64,000 bases of DNA from a virus (taxonomy: Duplodnaviria > Heunggongvirae > Uroviricota > Caudoviricetes), in IMG/VR virus record IMGVR_UViG_3300048599_000194, positions 111,177 through 175,176 of that record. The stretch is one strand, 5' to 3'. The translations under genes were made by a program, and so were the position numbers. The notes below the pieces were generated by a model. It ran no database searches. It was not told where the DNA came from and worked only from the letters and a program-made list of their open reading frames with translations. Positions 58,827 through 64,000 of the stretch are shown piece after piece; position 1 is the stretch's first letter, and every line of letters begins with the position of its first letter.

Positions 58827-59366
58827 TTAGTCTTCGGTGGACTCGTTGCAGTCCTCGAAGGTGTACTTCTGGCTCTCGAATTCCCGGTAACGGATCTTGC
58901 CGTCCTTGGCGACGATCACCCCGGTATCCCCGGAATCCTCGCCGGACCACGTCACGGACCCGTTCAGGACGATACCCCACGGCTTGAGGAACTTCTCGTT
59001 GATGTACTTGATCCACTCGATGTAGCTGTAAAACTTCTCACCCTCGTCCCATCCGATGGAAGTGCCATCCTCGGTGGGAATCCACTGGCACCAAAGGCCG
59101 GGCTGACTCGTGGCCGGGTTGTTGTAGTTGCGGATGGACTGATCCTTGTCCTGTCCATAGGAACCTCGTCCACCCACGAAAAACTCGCCGCCTTCTCCCA
59201 CGGGAAGCCCCACGGCCTCACGCTCGGGGTCGGGAAGAGTCGCCGCGATCACGGGGTCGCGATCCATGCGGCGAGTCTCTGCGAACTTCTTGAGGTAGGC
59301 GACCTGCGTCTCGTTCAGAGCAGGGGTGCAGGTGAAGGAACCGCTGAAGTCTGTCGTGTAGCCCAT
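58827..59366 (-). CDS. conserved phage hypothetical protein
   Basis: MGYTTDFSGSF..QPGLWCQW..WDEGEKFYSYIEWIKY..LNGSVTWSGED. Confidence 0.75.
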   Translation of the reverse strand: MGYTTDFSGSFTCTPALNETQVAYLKKFAETRRMDRDPVIAATLPDPEREAVGLPVGEGGEFFVGGRGSYGQDKDQSIRNYNNPATSQPGLWCQWIPTEDGTSIGWDEGEKFYSYIEWIKYINEKFLKPWGIVLNGSVTWSGEDSGDTGVIVAKDGKIRYREFESQKYTFEDCNESTED

Positions 59367-59404
59367 TCTCATCCTTTCGTTGGAGATGTTTGAAAGATAC
59401 GAAA

Positions 59405-59716
59405 TTACAGCAAATCAATCCACTTCTTTTTTAGATTGTTCTTCTTACCCTTGCTATTTTCTTCAGCCTTGAGGATAGCCCGAGTTAGGCAAGAATGCAT
59501 CGATCCCAAGAATGCTTTATGAAGATCATGAAGGTCAATGACATCTTGATCTTTGTTATTCAATCCATTTTCAATAGCAACTGAAAAAATGCCCCAATAC
59601 TGAATAGCAGAATCTAGTTGGTACTTGTGGGACTTGTCGTTGAAATCAAGACTATTCAAGATGGGAATGAACTCCGTCAATCCAACCTTGAGTGCCCGAA
59701 GTGCTTCAGCATCCAT
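59405..59716 (-). CDS. hypothetical protein
   Basis: SD GGAGG. Confidence 0.55.
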   Translation of the reverse strand: MDAEALRALKVGLTEFIPILNSLDFNDKSHKYQLDSAIQYWGIFSVAIENGLNNKDQDVIDLHDLHKAFLGSMHSCLTRAILKAEENSKGKKNNLKKKWIDLL

Positions 59717-59834
59717 GTCGATCCTCCACGATTCCCGCGATCACTGCAATGACCAAGGCAATCGCCAAAGTGGTGTGGAAGTGAATGGCATACGCTCCAA
59801 GAGCGATGATCGAAGCATAGGTAGAAGTTCTCAT
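59706..59834 (-). CDS. 42 aa membrane peptide (not in ORF track)
   Basis: MRTSTYASIIALGAYAIHFHTTLAIALVIAVIAG..; ATG 6 nt after TATCTT. Confidence 0.45.
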   Translation of the reverse strand: MRTSTYASIIALGAYAIHFHTTLAIALVIAVIAGIVEDRHGC

Positions 59835-59877
59835 GTCATTAAGATACTGCAAGAATCTCACTTAGTCAACCAATGAA

Positions 59878-60021
59878 ATAAAAAAGACTCTCCCATTTCT
59901 GAGAGAGTCTCTATCGGTCGCGCTTCGGGGTACTGGGTATTTTCGAGATACTAACCCGTGAGTCCGTGTGACCTTTGGGCGTTCCTGTACTTAGACTCTT
60001 CTCCGTACTGGGGTTCCTGAT
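59878..60021 (-). ncRNA. candidate ~140 nt small RNA
   Basis: Own promoter (60027-60056) and terminator (AGACTCTC..GAGAGTCT-TTTT) enclose a unit with no ATG-initiated ORF. Confidence 0.45.
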
Positions 60022-60142
60022 GTCTATAAGATACTAGGGAATCCAGGAACCGTCAACCATTCGTTTGTCTAACGAGACTCTAGCAAATAAAAACCAATCG
60101 GTCAAGGCTAGAAAAAAGGCTGGAGATTATCCAGCCCTTCAC

Positions 60143-60877
60143 TCACAGTTGACCCACTAATCTCTTTTTGATTCTGTCAAGAGCCTTGTCGCGGATCTTT
60201 CGCACTCCTTCATGGGAGATTGCAAGTATCTTTCCGACGCTCCGAAGGTCCATTGCTTCAGTCTCTTCCTCGATCCCGAAGAGGAGATAGATTACTCGAC
60301 GCTCTTTGTCCTCAAGCCCATTCAGAACGTCATAGAGGGCCTTCCTGGCCTGCTTCTGTTCCACGATAATGCTAGGCCCTGCGAAGGTAGACTGCTCGAT
60401 ACAATCCTCAAGAGAGGCACCCTCAGACTCTTCCCCAAATCGGGAAATGTTTGAGATTGCAGATTCGACCGCTTGTGCCTCATCTGAAAGAGTGATTTCC
60501 GGGTTTTTGATTTGCTTCCTTTTCTCTGCGAGATGGGAGACAAATGCATTGTGGGGAATCTTGATAGGTCCGCAAGCGTGGAATCTCTGGATACTCTGAA
60601 GTCCATCTGAGGATCTCAATTGCTGGACAGCGTAGGGACCAAAATCCCCCATGTCGGGATTGTAGGAACGAACGGCCTTTAGCAGGGTTGCCATTCCTAC
60701 GGACTTGATTTCCGATTGATACGCCCAAATGGATGGAATCCGACGGGCCACATAGAAAATAAGCCCTTGATTCTTCAGAACCAAGAGCGATTCGAGAGTT
60801 TCAACTCTCTTACAATCTGGAGAGGAAATTCGGAGTTCGGAGTATTCTTTGAATAGATTGACTTGATCGGCCTTCAC
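60143..60877 (-). CDS. RNA polymerase sigma-70 family factor
   Basis: NQGLIFYVARR, LLKAVRSYNP..FGPYA (region 2); LEDKERRVIYLLFGI..LRSVGKILAISHEGVRKIRDKAL (region 4). Confidence 0.88.
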   Translation of the reverse strand: MKADQVNLFKEYSELRISSPDCKRVETLESLLVLKNQGLIFYVARRIPSIWAYQSEIKSVGMATLLKAVRSYNPDMGDFGPYAVQQLRSSDGLQSIQRFHACGPIKIPHNAFVSHLAEKRKQIKNPEITLSDEAQAVESAISNISRFGEESEGASLEDCIEQSTFAGPSIIVEQKQARKALYDVLNGLEDKERRVIYLLFGIEEETEAMDLRSVGKILAISHEGVRKIRDKALDRIKKRLVGQL

Positions 60878-60949
60878 AGATACTCCTTCATGGAATGGTA
60901 CGGGTTAGAAGTATGGAAGATACATCTAACCCGCACCGAAGTCAACCCC

Positions 60950-61108
60950 TCAATCCATGAAAGTTTCCAGCTTCTCCCCGGTGCGACGGACGATTTGCTT
61001 GATCTCCTGACGGGCACGCTTGTCCTCCCGGAGACGATCTTCCTTCCGACGGTCGAAACCCTTGCCCTTGGAGAAACCCTTACTCGGCTCACGCCACGAC
61101 TTACCCAT
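60950..61108 (-). CDS. 52 aa basic protein (not in ORF track)
   Basis: MGKSWREPSKGFSKGKGFDRRKEDRLREDKRARQEIK..; SD AAAGGATGAG like neighbouring genes. Confidence 0.55.
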   Translation of the reverse strand: MGKSWREPSKGFSKGKGFDRRKEDRLREDKRARQEIKQIVRRTGEKLETFMD

Positions 61109-61252
61109 CTTCTCATCCTTTTGATCTGAGGACTACCTGCCCTCACATATAAGATACGGAATCCATTTCAGTTTGTCTATTAGAAAAAATACAGAAACGA
61201 AAAAAGGGACTCCCCTTTCGGGAAGTCCCTTTCCATGCCCTTGCGGACTGGA

Positions 61253-61699
61253 TTAGGCGGCGGCGTTCTGCTCACCCTCGGGGGCCTTGGCACCGTCGGG
61301 GTTCGAGGCGGCGGCGGCGGCGAGGGCGGCGGCTTCCTTCTCGGCCTTGGACTTCGGGCCGCGCTTCTTGCCCTCGACGGGGGGCTTCTTGGCGTCCTCG
61401 ATCTTGGCGAGGGTGGTGCGGGACTTGAGGGACAGGGCGGCGAAGACGGTCGCGGCCTCGGTGCCCTCGGCACGGTCGGCGACCGGGATGACGTACAGCT
61501 TGCCGTCCTCGCCCACCTTGACCAGCAGGGTGACGGCCTCCAGCAGAAGCTCCTCGTCGGTCTTCTCGACCTTCTCGACCTTCTCCTTCGGGGTCTTCTT
61601 GGCCTTGACCTCGACGCCACGGGCGGCGAGAGCGGCGGCAAGCTCCTCGGTGGAGAGAGCGGCGATGACGGGGTTGACGGTGGTGGTGGTGGCTTCCAT
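61253..61699 (-). CDS. Ala/Lys-rich putative DNA-binding protein
   Basis: KKRGPKSK AT-hook-like motif; SD AAGGAG; very strong codon bias. Confidence 0.65.
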   Translation of the reverse strand: MEATTTTVNPVIAALSTEELAAALAARGVEVKAKKTPKEKVEKVEKTDEELLLEAVTLLVKVGEDGKLYVIPVADRAEGTEAATVFAALSLKSRTTLAKIEDAKKPPVEGKKRGPKSKAEKEAAALAAAAASNPDGAKAPEGEQNAAA

Positions 61700-61952
61700 T
61701 GCATTCTCCTTGTTTTGAGTTTCTTTGTTTGAGGGCCTTTCCCTCTCACATGAATAAGATACTAGGGAACTTTCCGAGTTTCTACCACTATTTCGACTTT
61801 CTGTATTTTCTTCCTAGATGAGAGACTAGGCAATTTGTGCCTAATACATAAACTGTCAACACTTGACAATGACAAAAAGGACAATTTGATACACAAATAA
61901 AAAAGCCCCTCCAAACTGGAGAGGCTTTCTGCACTGTCTGAATGTAGGGGGA

Positions 61953-62411
61953 TTACTCCCTCATCTTCTCACATTCTTCCCGGAACAGCTTGAAAGTGTT
62001 TTCCAGATCGACAGTGACTTGGGGGATGACCTTGGAAACGAACTTCCACGCATCCTTCCACTCTTCATCGCAGTACGATTCGCCTAGTCCGTCGGAGGAG
62101 ATTTCCCCATTGTCGGCATACAGCGAAATGAGAATGAGAACAGAGCAGACTGCCAGATCGTAGGGCTTGCGATTCGTCTTGCAGAACTCGAAGTCGCGAG
62201 AGAACCGCTCCACCAGGAAAGTCTCATGCATGAGGCTTCCCACACCGTTGAAGCGGATGACCGCCCCGACCATCGGATCGTCGGTCCCACTGTCGTTCGC
62301 GACCTGGACATTCGCCGGGAGCGAACGCAGAATGCACTTGGTCGAATCGCAGAGTCCATTCCAACCGGACTCCGAGAACTTGAGGTGCTTCCAGTAGTGA
62401 GTGTATCCCAT
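61953..62411 (-). CDS. conserved phage hypothetical protein
   Basis: MGYTHYW..IRFNG..HETF..FCKTNRKPYDLAVCSVL..ISSDG. Confidence 0.75.
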   Translation of the reverse strand: MGYTHYWKHLKFSESGWNGLCDSTKCILRSLPANVQVANDSGTDDPMVGAVIRFNGVGSLMHETFLVERFSRDFEFCKTNRKPYDLAVCSVLILISLYADNGEISSDGLGESYCDEEWKDAWKFVSKVIPQVTVDLENTFKLFREECEKMRE

Positions 62412-62466
62412 ATCTCATCCTTTCGATTTGTGGTGATTGTAAGATACTGACAGATTCTAATTCTGT

Positions 62467-62751
62467 CTACCTTTTCTTGCCTCTCTTAATTGGTGCAGTG
62501 GAGCCAGGGCCAGTTCCACCTTTCCACTTATCAGAGAAACGAGATTTCGGTTCGACTGGGAAATCGTCTTCCATGTCGCAGACTCTTTGAATCTCAATTG
62601 CCTGCAACTTGATGACCTTTTCCTCAAGAGACTCACCTGCAATGCAGATAATGTCTCCTTTCCCAATGGAATCGGCAATCCGAAGAGCCAAGGACATTTC
62701 TCGGAGGTGGCTATCTCCTCCGACGACCAGTACATGAGGTTTGTGTTCCAT
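62467..62751 (-). CDS. hypothetical protein
   Basis: ATG 6 nt after TATCTT. Confidence 0.55.
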   Translation of the reverse strand: MEHKPHVLVVGGDSHLREMSLALRIADSIGKGDIICIAGESLEEKVIKLQAIEIQRVCDMEDDFPVEPKSRFSDKWKGGTGPGSTAPIKRGKKR

Positions 62752-62989
62752 GATATTAAGATACTACAAGTTTGTATTTCAGTCAACCACCAAATACGAA
62801 AGTTCTATTTGCTGCTAGGTTGTTCTAGGAAAATCTATCTAGCAAATAGAATAGACAATGTCAATACAAAAAAGCGGGAATGTTAGCGCATTCCCGCCCC
62901 TCTCAAATTAACTCACTCATATTATGAGAGAGTTTTGAGATAGCTCTTAAAGATACAATGAAAAGGCGGGGGCTGTCAACCCCTCCCCT

Positions 62990-63649
62990 TTACTTTCCGA
63001 GAATCTTTTTTCCGGCACCGTGCGCGATGAATCCAATTGCAAAAGAGCGGTCCCGTTTCTGGCATAGTCCGCAATTCTGGCAAGTGATTTCCCTGCCAAG
63101 AGTAGCGGGGCACACAAGTACCTTATTCCCTCCCTCGGTTGCGATGATACGTCCCTCAGTCCCGAAGGGAAGTACCGTCACCACTGGAAGACCGGATTCC
63201 ATCGCCTTATCTACTTCCCCGATATGATTGGTCGAGACGTTGACCGTGAACCCGTTGTCATTGGCCGCACGAAGCGCCTTGACATTTGCCGAAGTGAGCG
63301 GATAGTGGGTGTAAGAATATCCTCGCTTCCCCTTATTGGCAAGAGTCAAGGAACGGAGCGCGACGGCATTGATACGGTTATTCTTGCCGACAAGATCCCC
63401 GGCCTGATTATGCCGCCAAAGGGCACCGACGGGAATCTCTCGCACCTTGGAGAGAAATTCCTTCCATTCACTCCCACGTTCCCCCGCCGTCACCTTGCTC
63501 CAGTGGAACGCAAGAGGACCGGACTTGGCATAGCAACCCTTCGACTTGAAAGGGCAAGCATCCGGGCAAGTCCCGCGATGAGAGGTGGAAACGGGCATCA
63601 TTCCCGTCTTTTGGTTTCCCGATTTCATATTAAGGTAGAAGTTGCTCAT
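62990..63649 (-). CDS. Cys-rich DUF7227/Gp88-like protein
   Basis: NQKTG..TCPDACPF..GCYA..RHNQAGD..YSYTH..VCPA..TCQNCGLC..AHG. Confidence 0.7.
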   Translation of the reverse strand: MSNFYLNMKSGNQKTGMMPVSTSHRGTCPDACPFKSKGCYAKSGPLAFHWSKVTAGERGSEWKEFLSKVREIPVGALWRHNQAGDLVGKNNRINAVALRSLTLANKGKRGYSYTHYPLTSANVKALRAANDNGFTVNVSTNHIGEVDKAMESGLPVVTVLPFGTEGRIIATEGGNKVLVCPATLGREITCQNCGLCQKRDRSFAIGFIAHGAGKKILGK

Positions 63650-63904
63650 GTAGGTAAGATACGGTTATTAGCTCCGAATGTCAACTAAAAAGATGCAGAT
63701 GAGTAGCATTTACTCTGCTAGATGGTAGTGAGTTTATGAATAATAGCACGGGCGCAAGCGCGTCTCTAGCAAATAGAAATACTATTTGCAAGGGCGAAAA
63801 TAAATCGATTTTCCCGTACTTCTTTCGACTGAAACAGAAAAGCCTCCCAGATTCCTAGGAGGCTCACTCACTCATTTTCTATCCAGGCTCACTCACTCAC
63901 TCAC

Positions 63905-64000
63905 TCAGCACCGGATAACGATGCCACAGTCTTCGCACACCTTGAAGTCTTCCAGAGACTTTCCAGCGCCTTCTTCGACCTGAACCTTGAGAGCGCCGCC
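63905..64000 (-). CDS. 3' end of a CDS running in from beyond the window
   Basis: ..GGALKVQVEEGAGKSLEDFKVCEDCGIVIRC* followed by TGAG run and terminator. Confidence 0.5.
   Translation of the reverse strand, partial: GGALKVQVEEGAGKSLEDFKVCEDCGIVIRC

Larger units (their letters stand above)
47137..63684 (-). promoter_or_regulatory. family of more than 25 sigma70-type early promoters TTGAC(N)-N17-TATCTT, one per cassette
   Basis: Plus-strand aagatac..gtcaac at about 47137, 48379, 51526, 52576, 53262, 53939, 54476, 54793, 55202, 55909, 56239, 56805, 57377, 57693, 58145, 58766, 59393, 59841, 60027, 60917, 61151, 61757, 62441, 62758, 63656, plus variants; also 34268 and 38665. Confidence 0.85.
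47187..63800 (-). repeat. 13 dispersed copies of a ~38 bp intergenic motif TTTTCwmCCCTTGCAA-N(~10)-TTTCATTTGCTAGAG
   Basis: Plus-strand (c)tctagcaaat at 47187, 48453, 49165, 49549, 50359, 51152, 51834, 52648, 54540, 57747, 60078, 62838, 63764; copies at 49165 and 50359 are identical over 38 bp. Confidence 0.9.

Noticed and set aside
60874-61146. 90 aa Arg-rich ORF from the track
   Set aside because: It crosses the sigma gene's promoter; the alternative frame 60950-61108 has the standard SD spacing and codon bias
46744-63688. Long plus-strand ORFs in the GC-rich zone (for example 47431-48342, 56211-56888, 57876-58793, 61235-61732)
   Set aside because: Antisense shadows of GC3-biased minus-strand genes; no promoters, SD sites or recognisable motifs
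47187-63800. ctctagcaaat repeats as a CRISPR array or integron attC sites
   Set aside because: Spacing is 0.4-3 kb and irregular, copies are degenerate and non-palindromic, and there is no cas or integrase gene in the window
1-64000. Alternative genetic code (stop-codon reassignment)
   Set aside because: Genes tile densely under the standard bacterial code, and TAA, TAG and TGA all end genes at sensible positions

Overview
The window is part of a large T4-like (contractile-tail, probably jumbo) phage genome and has three zones. (1) 1-27.6 kb is an AT-rich late morphogenesis cluster: tail-associated proteins, baseplate, tape-measure candidate, tail tubes, sheath, neck, large terminase and tail terminator. 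It is driven by a TAAATA late-promoter motif that usually sits only 5-6 nt upstream of the ATG. (2) 27.6-46.4 kb is an AT-rich accessory zone with two interleaved gene sets. One is about 12 late genes whose unrelated cargo domains (three ART-PolyVal-like ADP-ribosyltransferases, HExxH peptidase, ParB/Srx, SWIM) share an N-terminal MKxxxxGxIYE peptide resembling a capsid-targeting/prohead-protease signal. The other is operons behind a different TGCTA(C/T)(A/C)AT promoter that carry apparently degenerate copies of terminase ATPase, prohead protease, major capsid and sheath segments. (3) 46.7-64 kb is an abruptly GC-richer, all-minus-strand array of small early-gene cassettes, each with a sigma70-type TTGAC-N17-TATCTT promoter. 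It also has 13 copies of a second promoter-shaped motif (…TTTGCTAGAG), (TGAG)n runs, terminators, two sigma-factor-like genes, one atypical tRNA and two candidate ncRNAs. All protein calls come from motif recognition by eye; no database searches were run.
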